32,000 nt of DNA from NCBI RefSeq assembly GCF_008000775.2, contig NZ_CP042905.2:1830001-1862000 (forward strand), read 5' to 3'. Below, piece by piece: positions 1-10,209 of this stretch. Below the pieces are notes generated by a model. The model made no database searches. It saw only the letters and a program-made list of their open reading frames with translations, and was not told the origin of the DNA. Source of the stretch: Promethearchaeum syntrophicum (GTDB taxonomy: Archaea; Asgardarchaeota; Lokiarchaeia; Sigyniarchaeales; Promethearchaeaceae). Within the stretch, counting starts at the first letter, position 1, and the number at the start of each line of letters is the position of its first letter. The position numbers were made by a program, and so were the translations under genes.

Positions 1-978
1 GTCTTAAGAGCGGGAGATAGGGCTGCAAAGCTGACAAAGGACGTACTCACTTTCAGTAGAAAACAAGTTTTCCAATCGCAAATCGTGAACCTTAATAAAT
101 TACTTAAAAATAATAAGGATATGTTAGCGAGGGTGTTGGGGGAAAATATTTCTTTTAATTTAAAACTGGATCAGGAGAATAAAAGCATTGAAATTGATCC
201 AAACCAGATGTCATTGGTTATCTTGAATATGGCAATTAATTCACGTGATGCAATGCCAAATGGGGGAGATTTTACAATAGAAACTTCTAGAACTTATTTA
301 TCAAAAGGATTAAAAGGTTTTAACTTAAAACCAGGAAATTATATTAAGATTTCATTACGGGACACGGGCATTGGAATGGATGAAACTCACAAGCAGCATT
401 TGTTTGAACCATTCTTTACAACTAAAGAAAAAGGGAAAGGAACAGGGTTAGGATTATCGATTGCGTTTGGAATCATAAAACAATACCATGGGGAAATAAA
501 AGTAGAATCAAAATTAGGAACGGGAACTGTTTTTCATATTTATCTTCCAGAGATTGATGTGATCGATCCTCAAGATGATGAGATTATACTAAAAAAACAA
601 GAAACTCTGAATGGGAAAGAAACTATTTTACTTGTGGAAGATGAAGAAATGGTTAGGAAATTTGCGTTTAGAGTATTAAATTCTCATGGTTATAATTGTT
701 TGGAAGCTAAAAGTCCAAAAGAAGCCATTAAAATTTCACAAGAATATCATGAGAAAATTGATTTATTATTGAGTGATGTAATAATGCCAGATTTTTCTGG
801 GCTTGAACTTAAGAAGAAAATTGAAAAGAGACATCCCGATATGATAATATTGTTTATTTCAGGTTATGATGCAAACATAATAAGCAATAATGGAGAATTA
901 GAAGTGGGTATTAATCTACTTAAAAAACCGTTTTCATCAATTGAATTATTAGAGAGAATTCATTTATTACTAAATTAA
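1..978 (+). CDS. Hybrid sensor histidine kinase / response regulator, 5'-truncated by the window edge
   Basis: Frame is open from base 1: VLRAGDRAAKLTKDVLTFSRKQVFQSQIVNLNKLL (dimerisation-helix-like), then HATPase motifs (NMAINSRDAM, DTGIGM, GKGTGLGLSIAFGIIKQ) and a C-terminal receiver domain (ILLVEDEE...LLLSDVIMPDFSG...LKKPFS). The supplied ORF starts at an internal GTG at 85. Confidence 0.92.
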   Translation, partial: VLRAGDRAAKLTKDVLTFSRKQVFQSQIVNLNKLLKNNKDMLARVLGENISFNLKLDQENKSIEIDPNQMSLVILNMAINSRDAMPNGGDFTIETSRTYLSKGLKGFNLKPGNYIKISLRDTGIGMDETHKQHLFEPFFTTKEKGKGTGLGLSIAFGIIKQYHGEIKVESKLGTGTVFHIYLPEIDVIDPQDDEIILKKQETLNGKETILLVEDEEMVRKFAFRVLNSHGYNCLEAKSPKEAIKISQEYHEKIDLLLSDVIMPDFSGLELKKKIEKRHPDMIILFISGYDANIISNNGELEVGINLLKKPFSSIELLERIHLLLN

Positions 979-1057
979 CCTAGTAATAAATTAAATTTCA
1001 ATTTCTTTTTAAATTCCTTTTTCTTAAATAAATTATAAGAATTTTGGTGAGATTTTA

Positions 1058-1306
1058 ATGTCTAATGATGCAAGTAAACAAGCGATTGAATTTTTTGTTA
1101 AACGCGGGGATTTAGCAAATACTACAGCAGATCATCATGTGCGTGATAATGAATTTGCAAAGGGAGTAAAATTATATCATCAAGCATATAGTTTTTATAA
1201 GAAAGCACTTCAAAGTATGCCAGATGATGAAGAATTGAAGCAGAAATTGGAAAATGTTCGGGAAAAATACCAGAATGCAAAGGAAAAAGATAAACTTAAA
1301 GGATAG
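1058..1306 (+). CDS. Small helical protein, possibly TPR/MIT-like (82 aa)
   Basis: ORF with ATG start; sequence ...AKGVKLYHQAYSFYKKALQSMPDDEELKQKLENVREKYQNAKE resembles one TPR/MIT helical hairpin. Confidence 0.6.
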   Translation: MSNDASKQAIEFFVKRGDLANTTADHHVRDNEFAKGVKLYHQAYSFYKKALQSMPDDEELKQKLENVREKYQNAKEKDKLKG

Positions 1307-1331
1307 CTGTATCAATGATATTTTTTTTATT

Positions 1332-1715
1332 TTAGAAAAATTGTTCCTCTAATTGGTTTTTAAAATAAGTGAAGAAAGTTAAATCTCCCTCCCATTTCTC
1401 GATTATAATCGAGAATTCTTCGAGAAACATGTCTCTAATTTTTTGCAGTTGCTTTCTAATTGCACTATCTTTTTCTTTGGTTTTTGAACGACCGATAACA
1501 AAAAATGGAATTGGCTTCTTGACTGGGATTATCATGATTTTTGAATTTCTCATTTTTATAGCGTCGATAGAGTCTTCTGCCAAGTTTTGAACAGCCGACA
1601 TGAATCCTGAAAAGATCATTGGGTTTATACCTTCACCAATATCCTTAGATTTAGCCGATAGGTAAGGTAAACCGTTTTTATTAATGATCCATAGTTCTTC
1701 TAGTTTTAACGCCAT
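1332..1715 (-). CDS. Longin/roadblock-like small domain protein (127 aa)
   Basis: N-terminal LWIINKNGLPYLS...INPMIFSGFMSAVQNLAED...IKMRNSKIMII...PFFVIGRS is the strand/helix pattern of longin/roadblock-type domains abundant in Asgard archaea. Confidence 0.6.
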   Translation of the reverse strand: MALKLEELWIINKNGLPYLSAKSKDIGEGINPMIFSGFMSAVQNLAEDSIDAIKMRNSKIMIIPVKKPIPFFVIGRSKTKEKDSAIRKQLQKIRDMFLEEFSIIIEKWEGDLTFFTYFKNQLEEQFF

Positions 1716-1774
1716 ATAGTGCCCCGTTTTTTAATTATTAAAAAATTTTGTACCAAATTGGCTAAAAAAGTGTG

Positions 1775-2239
1775 CTAATTCGAATCTATATCAATATCTA
1801 TAATCTTAACTTCTCTCACACGTTGTACGTGTAAAAACTCATCTCTAACTTTTTCAATTGAGATATTTTTTTCACGCAGTGTGGCTGCATCAATATAAGT
1901 TTCATAAAAGCAGTTTATAGCTTCAAAACATAATCCTGTTGTGTGAATTGTCCCAATATCTAAATTGAATTTCTTGAGTACATCAGAAATTCCTTTAACT
2001 AAGTCTGGGGAAAATTCTTTTAACCGAATTAAAATCTTTTTTACATCACTATTTTGGCAAGGAAATATACTAAGCTTGATGAGATCGTCAGCAGGTATAA
2101 ATATGAAAAGGTAAAACGGAGTATTTTTTATTTTTTCTCGAACTGAATTTGGAATGAATGTATTTTCATCAAAATCTTTTTTTTGCATTAATTTACCATA
2201 GGAAATTTGTTTCTTTTCTTCTTGTTCGTCTTGTTCCAT
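1775..2239 (-). CDS. Protein with an ACT-like C-terminal domain (154 aa)
   Basis: SPDLVKGISDVLKKFNLDIGTIHTTGLCF...CFYETYIDAA...SIEKVRDEFLHVQRVREVKIIDIDI has a beta-alpha-beta-beta-alpha-beta ACT-like pattern. Confidence 0.45.
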   Translation of the reverse strand: MEQDEQEEKKQISYGKLMQKKDFDENTFIPNSVREKIKNTPFYLFIFIPADDLIKLSIFPCQNSDVKKILIRLKEFSPDLVKGISDVLKKFNLDIGTIHTTGLCFEAINCFYETYIDAATLREKNISIEKVRDEFLHVQRVREVKIIDIDIDSN

Positions 2240-2420
2240 TCAAAAAGCCACCTAATATCTTATTAATGTATGAGGCTAAAAAGTTTTCTTAAAAATAATT
2301 TGGCACTGCTTATTAGATATCTTCTATTGAATTTCAAACTACAACTGGAATATTCGAATGATATCTGGATCTTGATCTGGATAGTAGTACTGTTGAATAA
2401 TTTAAGAAAAGGGGATTAAG

Positions 2421-2978
2421 GTGAGGAAAGCCATTTTGAGAGAAATTTTAACAAAAAATTCAATTCCATTCCATTCAATTTATTTAATTGACGGAGAAAC
2501 TGGTGTAGAATATGTATCAAAAAATTATTCTGAGAATAGTTATGATGTTAATGTGATTACTGGAATGTTTAAGGCATTAGAGACTTTCATTAATCATTTA
2601 GCATATAGTGACAAATATGAACACCTTCAAGAAGTCAACTTTAACGAATTAAGAATTGTTTATGAGCGTTATAATCCTGCTTTTGGGAAGAAATCTCTTT
2701 TATGCGTAGGTATTTCCAAAAAAGATGAAGATCCCAAGATTGAACATGCTTTCTTACAGAAAATTGTTATAGATTTTTACAATGTATATGAACAGGTTAT
2801 TCAGCATTTCCAAGGTGATGTAATGCCATTTCAGTGTTTTTTTAATAGACTGGAGGAATATCAATATAATTGGAATTCCGATCAAAAAAATCCCTCTTTC
2901 CAAGGATATAGTTCCCCTCAAATTGTGAAAACTCAGTCTTTCCCCGAGTTTCGTGGATTTCAACGTATTTCGGATTAA
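2421..2978 (+). CDS. Longin/roadblock-like protein (185 aa)
   Basis: GTG start with purine-rich upstream GGGGATTAAGG; FHSIYLIDGETGVEYVSKNY...ITGMFKALETFINHLA...KSLLCVGISKKDEDPKIEHAFLQKIVIDFYNVY. Confidence 0.5.
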   Translation: MRKAILREILTKNSIPFHSIYLIDGETGVEYVSKNYSENSYDVNVITGMFKALETFINHLAYSDKYEHLQEVNFNELRIVYERYNPAFGKKSLLCVGISKKDEDPKIEHAFLQKIVIDFYNVYEQVIQHFQGDVMPFQCFFNRLEEYQYNWNSDQKNPSFQGYSSPQIVKTQSFPEFRGFQRISD

Positions 2979-3029
2979 ATATTATTGTATCTTACTTTTT
3001 TTACTGGAATAGATCTTCGAAATTATTAC

Positions 3030-3782
3030 TTAGGAAGGGAATAATTGTGAATATAAATCTCTATTTTTATTATCGGTGGCTAAAGATATTGCAGTAAGGG
3101 TGATGTCGAGCAAATCTTGAGCATCCATTAGAATTTGATTAAATTCGCTAGATTTTTCGCTGAGTTTAAATTCATGAGCATAATACGATACTTTTTTATT
3201 TAATTCTTTTTTCGAATCTTCAATTGCTTTAAGATCATTTTGTTGTAACCCCAAATTTTTAATCCAATTTTCAATTTTTAACTTGATTTGCTTCACAATG
3301 TTATCATCCTTATCTTCAATATTCTCCTTTTTTGTTTCATAATTGTTTGTATAATTACTTTGTGAAAAGATTGGTTTTACAATGGTACAAAGATTTATAA
3401 TTAAGGCAGAAGGTGCTAATCCAAGTAATGATCGCGATAGAGTTGCGATTATTTTTTTCTTATCAGTAAGTTGGGAATTTATAATGTAAATTTCAATAAT
3501 TCGTAGAAGTATATCAATCAGGAGAATATCGTTCAACTCCTCAAGATTTTTTGCTCTGTTTAAACTTTCAAGTAATGTTTGGTAAATTATTTCACGTAAG
3601 GGAATAACATCCCTAAAGGATGCAAAATAGAGAATAAAATCTAAAACAATGCGAGCCGCTTTTACTCTTTCTTCTATACTCGCAAAATTTTTCTCTAAAT
3701 ATTTAGATATTGAAGAATTTGCTGATTCTACTTCAAGAAATTCACCGATTTGGCTTAAAATTCCATAATATTTTTCTGACAT
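3030..3782 (-). CDS. Hypothetical helical protein (250 aa)
   Basis: Long ORF with no recognised motif. Confidence 0.55.
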   Translation of the reverse strand: MSEKYYGILSQIGEFLEVESANSSISKYLEKNFASIEERVKAARIVLDFILYFASFRDVIPLREIIYQTLLESLNRAKNLEELNDILLIDILLRIIEIYIINSQLTDKKKIIATLSRSLLGLAPSALIINLCTIVKPIFSQSNYTNNYETKKENIEDKDDNIVKQIKLKIENWIKNLGLQQNDLKAIEDSKKELNKKVSYYAHEFKLSEKSSEFNQILMDAQDLLDITLTAISLATDNKNRDLYSQLFPS

Positions 3783-4218
3783 TGGATTTGAAACCCCTAA
3801 AGATCAAGAATATCTACACAACTAAATAATATATAAGTTTCTATTAATGTAATATTTTTATAATGCTACGAACATCATTTGTAGCTATTCTAACTCTCCA
3901 AGAAAAAGATATAATTAACCGGGAAAAATTAAATGAAAATTTTCCTTTATCTTTTCTTTATTTTTATTACTTTTTGTAAATGTTTGATCTTTTTTTCAGT
4001 TTTACCTTTATTTCTATGCGTTTAAGGCAATCTAATTTAGGAACAAATGGAAATTTTGTGATTACATTACCTTTATTATTCAAATAATAATTTTTTGAGA
4101 TTTTTTTCTTTCAATTTGAATATTTGAAGTTAAATTCCCCTTTTTTTTGTTTCATTCTATTGATAAATTTTTTGAAACATCAAATCTACTAAATATATGC
4201 ACATATGGAGAAAAAAAA

Positions 4219-5325
4219 ATGTCAAAAGTAATGCATTTCAGTCGGGAATTTAAACCCACTAATACTATTGTTAAGATAAATAATGTGAAAATCGGAGGTA
4301 AGTTTTTTGCGATTATTGCGGGACCATGTGTTATTGAAAGCCCAGAGCAGTATATAGAAACTGCTAAGATTGTTAAAGAAGCAGGAGCAAATATTATTCG
4401 CGGATCTGTATTCAAACCTCGCACTTCACCTTATTCCTTTCAAGGATTAGGGCGTGAAGGATTAAAACTTATCAAAGAATTGGGAGAAGATTTGAAAATT
4501 GCAACAATTACTGAGGTGATGGATCCTCGAGATATTAAAATAACCGCGAATCACGTAGATATAATTCAAATTGGAGCTCGAAATATGCAAAATTATGATC
4601 TCTTAAAAGAGGCTTCTAAATCAGATGTGCCAATTTTACTTAAAAGAGGAATGTCGGCTACGATTGATGAATGGCTATATTCTGCAGAGTATTTAATGGT
4701 CGAAGGCAATGAAAATATTATCCTATGTGAAAGGGGAATTCGTACATTTTCAACTACAACTCGAAATACATTGGATTTATCTGTAATTCCCTTACTAAAA
4801 ATGCGCACACACTTACCAATTATTGTTGATCCAAGCCATGCTACTGGAAATCGTGATTTAATTGCACCAGTTAGTAAAGCAGCCATCGCTTCCAACGCTG
4901 ACGGAATTATGATTGAAGTTCATTATAATCCAGATATTGCAAAGTGCGATGGGGCACAATCGCTTCCTCCAGAAATGTTTATTGAGTTAATTGAACAAAT
5001 TAAACCGATTTTAGAGATTGAGAAAAAAGTGGTAACGGGAACATCAATGAATTTAGAGGAAGTTAGGAGGCGAATTAACTATGTTGATGAAGATATTATT
5101 GATTTAATTGCCAATCGTTTACACCTTGTTCCTGCTTTAATAGAATTTAAAAGTAAAAATTCTATCCCAGTATATCAACCTGAAAGAGAACAACAGTTAC
5201 GTGAGAAATATGAACATTTAGCTAAGAAATACAATATCAGTCCTGAATTAATCCAAAAAATCTTCAATTTAATAATCGCAGAAATGCGTTCATTACAAAA
5301 ACAAAAGATGAACTCAGATGATTAG
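4219..5325 (+). CDS. aroF: 3-deoxy-7-phosphoheptulonate (DAHP) synthase fused to a C-terminal chorismate mutase domain
   Basis: AIIAGPCVIESPEQY, IRGSVFKPRTSPYSFQGLG, ILLKRGMSATIDEWLYSAEY, DPSHATGNRDLI, then MNLEEVRRRINYVDEDIIDLIANRLHLV (AroQ-type chorismate mutase). Start at the internal ATG 4219 is preferred over ORF start 4147 because it has GGAG just upstream and begins MSKVMHF. Confidence 0.93.
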   Translation: MSKVMHFSREFKPTNTIVKINNVKIGGKFFAIIAGPCVIESPEQYIETAKIVKEAGANIIRGSVFKPRTSPYSFQGLGREGLKLIKELGEDLKIATITEVMDPRDIKITANHVDIIQIGARNMQNYDLLKEASKSDVPILLKRGMSATIDEWLYSAEYLMVEGNENIILCERGIRTFSTTTRNTLDLSVIPLLKMRTHLPIIVDPSHATGNRDLIAPVSKAAIASNADGIMIEVHYNPDIAKCDGAQSLPPEMFIELIEQIKPILEIEKKVVTGTSMNLEEVRRRINYVDEDIIDLIANRLHLVPALIEFKSKNSIPVYQPEREQQLREKYEHLAKKYNISPELIQKIFNLIIAEMRSLQKQKMNSDD

Positions 5326-5425
5326 ATATGGAAGATAAAAAAACGATGAATTGTGCAGTAAAAGAAATTCATATTTTGAGAAATGATATTGGATTTTGAT
5401 AGATTAAGAAAAAAAGTGAAACAAT

Positions 5426-6529
5426 TTGAAAGATAACCTGATCAAGATAAAATGTCAATCAAATTTACAATCTTATGACATAGTCATTCAAAAAAATTCT
5501 TTCTCCCAAGTTGTCAAAGATCTTTCTCAATTCAGGAAAATAGTTATCATTTGTGATTCTAATGTGAGAAAATATTATGGTGAATCCCTTTTGCAGGCTA
5601 TCACTGCTGAAAAGAAAATATGCGATCTGATTTCCTTTCCTGCTGGTGAATCAAATAAAAATCTTAATACTTTTTTATATCTTCATGAACAGATTGCTCT
5701 CCGTCTTGATCGAAATTCATGTATCATTACTCTTGGGGGGGGTGTTACTGGAGATATGGGAGGATTTGTGGCTTCAACATATATGCGGGGAATTTCGTTT
5801 ATTCACATTCCAACTTCCCTTCTTGCCATGGTGGACAGCTCAGTGGGTGGAAAGTTGGGTGTGAATACTTCTATTGGTAAGAATGTTGTGGGTGTTTTCA
5901 ATAATCCAAAAAAAGTTATTATTGATCCTTCTCTTTTAAACACTCTCCCGACAAAATTCATAATTGACGGAATGGCTGAAGTAATAAAACATGCGTTTTT
6001 ATCAGGAGAAGAATTCGTTTCATTCTTGGAAACGAATACTGAAGGAATTTTTGACCTTAATCTCACCTTGTTAACTCAAATTATATCGCATTCTTTACAT
6101 TTTAAGGTGAAGATTGTTGAACAAGATGAACGAGATTTAGAAATCCGTAATATTTTGAATTATGGGCATACAATTGGCCATGCTCTTGAAGAAACTCTTG
6201 GATATCAGAATATTTCTCATGGGAATGCCGTAGCAATCGGAATGAATGCGGTGAATTATTTATCATTGAAGGAGGGATTTTTATCAACTATGACTTTTGA
6301 TCGCATGCAACAATTGATACGACAATATAAACTACCTACCTTCCTTTCTGATTTAGGTTTACAAGGAGATCCAGAAAAAATCTTACAGTTTTTGAACAAT
6401 GATAAGAAAAATCAAGATGATCAAATCGTAATGGTCTTATTACAAGAAATTGGAAAACCAATAATATCAAGAACACAGACTATTATCCAAATGAAAGAAG
6501 CAATAAATTATATTTTAAAAAGCAATTAA
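5426..6529 (+). CDS. aroB: 3-dehydroquinate synthase
   Basis: GGGVTGDMGGFVASTYMRGISFIHIPTSLLAMVDSSVGGKLGVNTS...KNVVGVFNNPK and NYGHTIGHALE...HGNAVAIGM are AroB hallmarks; TTG start. Confidence 0.95.
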   Translation: MKDNLIKIKCQSNLQSYDIVIQKNSFSQVVKDLSQFRKIVIICDSNVRKYYGESLLQAITAEKKICDLISFPAGESNKNLNTFLYLHEQIALRLDRNSCIITLGGGVTGDMGGFVASTYMRGISFIHIPTSLLAMVDSSVGGKLGVNTSIGKNVVGVFNNPKKVIIDPSLLNTLPTKFIIDGMAEVIKHAFLSGEEFVSFLETNTEGIFDLNLTLLTQIISHSLHFKVKIVEQDERDLEIRNILNYGHTIGHALEETLGYQNISHGNAVAIGMNAVNYLSLKEGFLSTMTFDRMQQLIRQYKLPTFLSDLGLQGDPEKILQFLNNDKKNQDDQIVMVLLQEIGKPIISRTQTIIQMKEAINYILKSN

Positions 6530-6592
6530 ACGTCCTGGAAGCATATTTTTCAAGAGGACTTGTGTTCTTTCTTCTACTTTCTAATTTTTTTT

Positions 6593-7846
6593 TTAAATTT
6601 CTTCTGAATTTTTGGAAGATGGTAACCATTTAAAAGCAATCAAAGTTACAACAACAGATATTACAATTGCAACTATTACCGGTATTTTCCAATTTAAAAT
6701 TATTAAAATGGGTATAATTAAAGTGAATCCAAAGGAAAATATGCTTGGAATTGTGCCTATTAATCCCCATATATATTCTGTTTCTTCCGAATTAAATAAT
6801 GAAAAGAAGTAATCCATGCTAATTGGCTTAATGAAATCACGTCCGATAAATAAAATTATTGCTATTGATATAATTATCAGATTTCCGTTAGAAAAAAGAA
6901 TTAACCCCAGAGGTATTATGTCAAAAATTATATCAATTATATAAATATCTTTCTTCTTAGATTTAGGTGCAATAAATGCAAGTGCAATACTAAGAAATGC
7001 GACTATTATATATCCAATACTGAAAGATTGGAAAATATTGATGACATCTAATCCAGTAAAGAATGTTAAAGTAGGGAGAAATACAAATAACGTTCCTATG
7101 AAGGAATTAAGGCACGAAATCACTAAGAATACTATTAAATATTTCCTATTTTTAACATCCTTAAATCTCATCTTATTATGGGATTCATTTTTTTCTTCTT
7201 CGACTTCTTGAGGTTCAAGTTTTGATTTTTTAGGCTTAAAACCAAGAAACAATATTGCTAATAAGAGTAAAATAATACTTGCACTTACTTGGAAAAGGAA
7301 TTCATATAATGGATTAATTTTTTTTAGAAATGTTCCAATTAATGCACCAAGTCCACACCCAAGATACAAGAAAAAATCCCGAATTGCAAATACTTTACTT
7401 AAGTTATCTTGGAGAGAATTAGAATTTTTAGATTTTTTAATCATAAACGGGTTGAGGCTGTTATTTATAAAACGAATTATTACCGGAAAAGTAAAAAGAT
7501 ATAGATAAATGAATCGATCATCAAAAAAAATCAAGATTCCGAATATTGTAAGTGCTATCACTGCTATTCTAGCTACCCAAATATTTCCAATTTTTGTACT
7601 CAATCGAACGATTAAAATTGGTAGAAAGATCAAAGAAATTGTTCCAAACATTTTGAGAGCAGACAAAATTATAAATTCTTCATTTTCCGTAAAAAAGAGA
7701 TCACCTCCTAAACCAATTATCTCATTTAACATGAAAAACAAGCAAAATGTTAGATATAATAATACTAAATCTTTAGAAAATAATTTCGAAAAAACTCTCT
7801 TTCTCTCAGACATTTCTAAATTTTCATTTTTTTTTGTATCGGACAC
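6593..7846 (-). CDS. MFS-like multispanning membrane transporter
   Basis: About 12 hydrophobic segments with a central charged loop (KPKKSKLEPQEVEEEKNESHNKMRFKDV) typical of MFS permeases. Confidence 0.7.
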   Translation of the reverse strand: MSDTKKNENLEMSERKRVFSKLFSKDLVLLYLTFCLFFMLNEIIGLGGDLFFTENEEFIILSALKMFGTISLIFLPILIVRLSTKIGNIWVARIAVIALTIFGILIFFDDRFIYLYLFTFPVIIRFINNSLNPFMIKKSKNSNSLQDNLSKVFAIRDFFLYLGCGLGALIGTFLKKINPLYEFLFQVSASIILLLLAILFLGFKPKKSKLEPQEVEEEKNESHNKMRFKDVKNRKYLIVFLVISCLNSFIGTLFVFLPTLTFFTGLDVINIFQSFSIGYIIVAFLSIALAFIAPKSKKKDIYIIDIIFDIIPLGLILFSNGNLIIISIAIILFIGRDFIKPISMDYFFSLFNSEETEYIWGLIGTIPSIFSFGFTLIIPILIILNWKIPVIVAIVISVVVTLIAFKWLPSSKNSEEI

Positions 7847-7957
7847 AATTATTCCTACTTTTTATAATATTAATAGATAGAAACCGCCAATAATTGATTC
7901 TGGGAGATATGGAAATTAAAAAAAAAAATGAAAATGTAAATTGAATATTCATACTAC

Positions 7958-9268
7958 TTAAGGGGTGTTTCTGTTCATAACTCTTGGATATGCTATGGTG
8001 TCACGAATATGTTCCAAATTACAAATCCATCTCATTACTCTCTCAATACCTAATCCAAAACCTGAATGTTGAACACTTCCAAATCGTCTTAAATCCAAAT
8101 ACCATTCATAATCCGCAATATCAGATCCATCTCTTAGTAAATTTTCTGTAATAATCTTAATATCTTCCTCTCTCTGGCTGGATCCTATTATTTCACCAAA
8201 TCCTTCAGGAGCTAATAAATCATTGCACTCAGCAGTTTTTCCATCTATCGTTTTCATATAAAATGCTTTAATTTCTCTAGGAAAATGGGTGACATGGATT
8301 GGTGATTTTAGATCTTTCGTAAGTGCTCTTTCATGACCTGTTCCAAAATCTTCTCCCCATTCAATTTTTACTCCTTTACTGTTAATAATATCCACAGCTT
8401 CATCATATTTAATTCTTTCAAATGGGGCTTTTATCGCAAGAAGATCTTTTGGATTTCTACCTAAAGCAATGAGAGATTTCTTTTCATCTCGGGCAACTTT
8501 GTGAATCATCGCCGTTACTAACCCATCTTCAAAATCCATGATTCCATTTAGATCAAGAAAAGCAGCTTCTGCTTCTAAATGCCAATATTCTGCCAAATGA
8601 CGAGTTGTTCGTGATTTCTCTGCACGAAAACTTGGAGTCAACGCAAAAACTTTTTTATGGGCAAAAATCAGTGTTTCTAAATATAATTGCGCACTTTGAG
8701 ATAGAAACGCAGGTTTTCCAAAATAATCTAGTTGAAAAAGCGTGCTACCTCCTTCACAAGAACTTCCTGTGATAATTGGAGGCCAAACTTCAAGATATCC
8801 CTCTTTTTTGAAGAAATTTCGTGCTCCTTCCATTAATTTTGCTTTGACCCTCGAAGTTTGAGTCAATTTTTGACTTCGAATCCAAAGATGCCTAATGTCT
8901 AATAAGAATGCATCGCTTTGGTCTTTAGTAATTGGAAAGGTATCGGCTAGATGAATGAGTTCAAAATCTTCTACATGAAGTTCATAACCGTTTGGAGCTC
9001 TGTCATCTTTTTGTAATGTCCCAAACACGATAATTGATGATTCATATTTAATATTGCAGAATTCTTCATACTTTTCTTCCGATAATTCACTTTTTTTTGC
9101 AGTACATTGTAATGTATCTGTACCGTCTCTTAAAACAATAAATGCAATCTTTTTTCCACTTCTTTGCCTGTGAACCCAACCACGAAGTTTAACTTTTTTT
9201 CCAGCAAATTTGGGTTTTATGATCTCATCTATCGAAGAGAACTTTGTTCCAGATTCAATTTTTTTCAC
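7958..9268 (-). CDS. asnS: Asparaginyl-tRNA synthetase (class II)
   Basis: OB-fold N-terminus VKLRGWVHRQRSGKKIAFIVLRDGT; class II motifs including FRAEKSRTTRHLAEYWHLEAEAAF and GFGLGIERVMRWICNLEHIRDTIAYPR. Confidence 0.92.
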   Translation of the reverse strand: MKKIESGTKFSSIDEIIKPKFAGKKVKLRGWVHRQRSGKKIAFIVLRDGTDTLQCTAKKSELSEEKYEEFCNIKYESSIIVFGTLQKDDRAPNGYELHVEDFELIHLADTFPITKDQSDAFLLDIRHLWIRSQKLTQTSRVKAKLMEGARNFFKKEGYLEVWPPIITGSSCEGGSTLFQLDYFGKPAFLSQSAQLYLETLIFAHKKVFALTPSFRAEKSRTTRHLAEYWHLEAEAAFLDLNGIMDFEDGLVTAMIHKVARDEKKSLIALGRNPKDLLAIKAPFERIKYDEAVDIINSKGVKIEWGEDFGTGHERALTKDLKSPIHVTHFPREIKAFYMKTIDGKTAECNDLLAPEGFGEIIGSSQREEDIKIITENLLRDGSDIADYEWYLDLRRFGSVQHSGFGLGIERVMRWICNLEHIRDTIAYPRVMNRNTP

Positions 9269-9325
9269 GTTTAATCATTAATGAAAACCTTTTATCAATA
9301 AAAAATTTTAACACTTTGAATTTTC

Positions 9326-10174
9326 ATGAATTTCGATCAATTTTCAGGAGCAAGTAAATACATTACAAGCCCAGAATTAAAATCAATTGTAAATGTGTCG
9401 ATTGCATTACAACGTCCTTTACTTGTAAAGGGAGAACCAGGCACTGGTAAAACATTATTGGCTCATGCCATTTCAGAAGCCTTAGAAAAACCATTATTGG
9501 TTTGGAATGTTAAATCCACTAGCAAGGCCATCGATGGTTGCTATACTTACGATACTGTTCAACGTCTTAATGATTCTAGATTTGGCTCTAAAAAACGAAA
9601 TGTCGATAATGTCGAGGATTATATTACTTTGGGCAAATTAGGGCAAGCATTTACGACTAAGGAACAAGTAGTACTGTTGATAGATGAAATAGATAAAGCA
9701 GATCCAGAATTTCCTAACGATTTATTACAAGAACTTGACATTATGGAATTCTATGTCAATGAATTGCAAAAAACCATTAAAGCTGTTCACAGACCTATTG
9801 TTATTATAACCAGTAATAATGAGAAGGAATTACCGGATGCTTTCTTAAGGCGATGTGTTTTTCATTATATTAATTTCCCTGATAAAGAACTGATGAGAGA
9901 GATAGTTCATGTTCATTTTCCAGATATCAAAGAAAAAATCCTTGAAAACTGTCTTCAGCAATTTTACCTCCTTAGGATGGTTAAACAAGTTAGAAAAAAG
10001 CCAAGTACATCAGAATTGATAGATTGGATAGGCGTTTTACTTAAAGCGGGATTATCAGAGGAAGATATTGAGCAAAAAATACCCTTTTTAGGAACTTTAA
10101 TCAAAAAAGAAGTCGATTTGAATTACTTAAAGCATTACCGAAAAGACATTTTCGAATCAGTTAAAGAGAAATAA
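9326..10174 (+). CDS. MoxR-like AAA+ ATPase
   Basis: Walker A VKGEPGTGKTLLAHAI, Walker B VVLLIDEIDKADPEFPNDLL, sensor 1 IVIITSNNEKELPDAFLRRC. Confidence 0.9.
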   Translation: MNFDQFSGASKYITSPELKSIVNVSIALQRPLLVKGEPGTGKTLLAHAISEALEKPLLVWNVKSTSKAIDGCYTYDTVQRLNDSRFGSKKRNVDNVEDYITLGKLGQAFTTKEQVVLLIDEIDKADPEFPNDLLQELDIMEFYVNELQKTIKAVHRPIVIITSNNEKELPDAFLRRCVFHYINFPDKELMREIVHVHFPDIKEKILENCLQQFYLLRMVKQVRKKPSTSELIDWIGVLLKAGLSEEDIEQKIPFLGTLIKKEVDLNYLKHYRKDIFESVKEK

Positions 10175-10209
10175 GCAATTGAAATTATTACATTGGTGAT
10201 AAAAAAAAG

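Noticed and set aside
3783-4218. Long AT-rich gap before DAHP synthase as a possible ncRNA gene
   Set aside because: No GC-rich stem, conserved box motifs or duplicated structure visible; the ORF track's upstream extension (4147) also lacks coding character.
4152-6287. Minus- and plus-strand ORFs inside DAHP synthase and AroB (4152..4424, 4593..4895, 5646..5864, 5803..6066, 6102..6287)
   Set aside because: Embedded in strongly supported coding genes on the other strand or frame with no recognisable domains.
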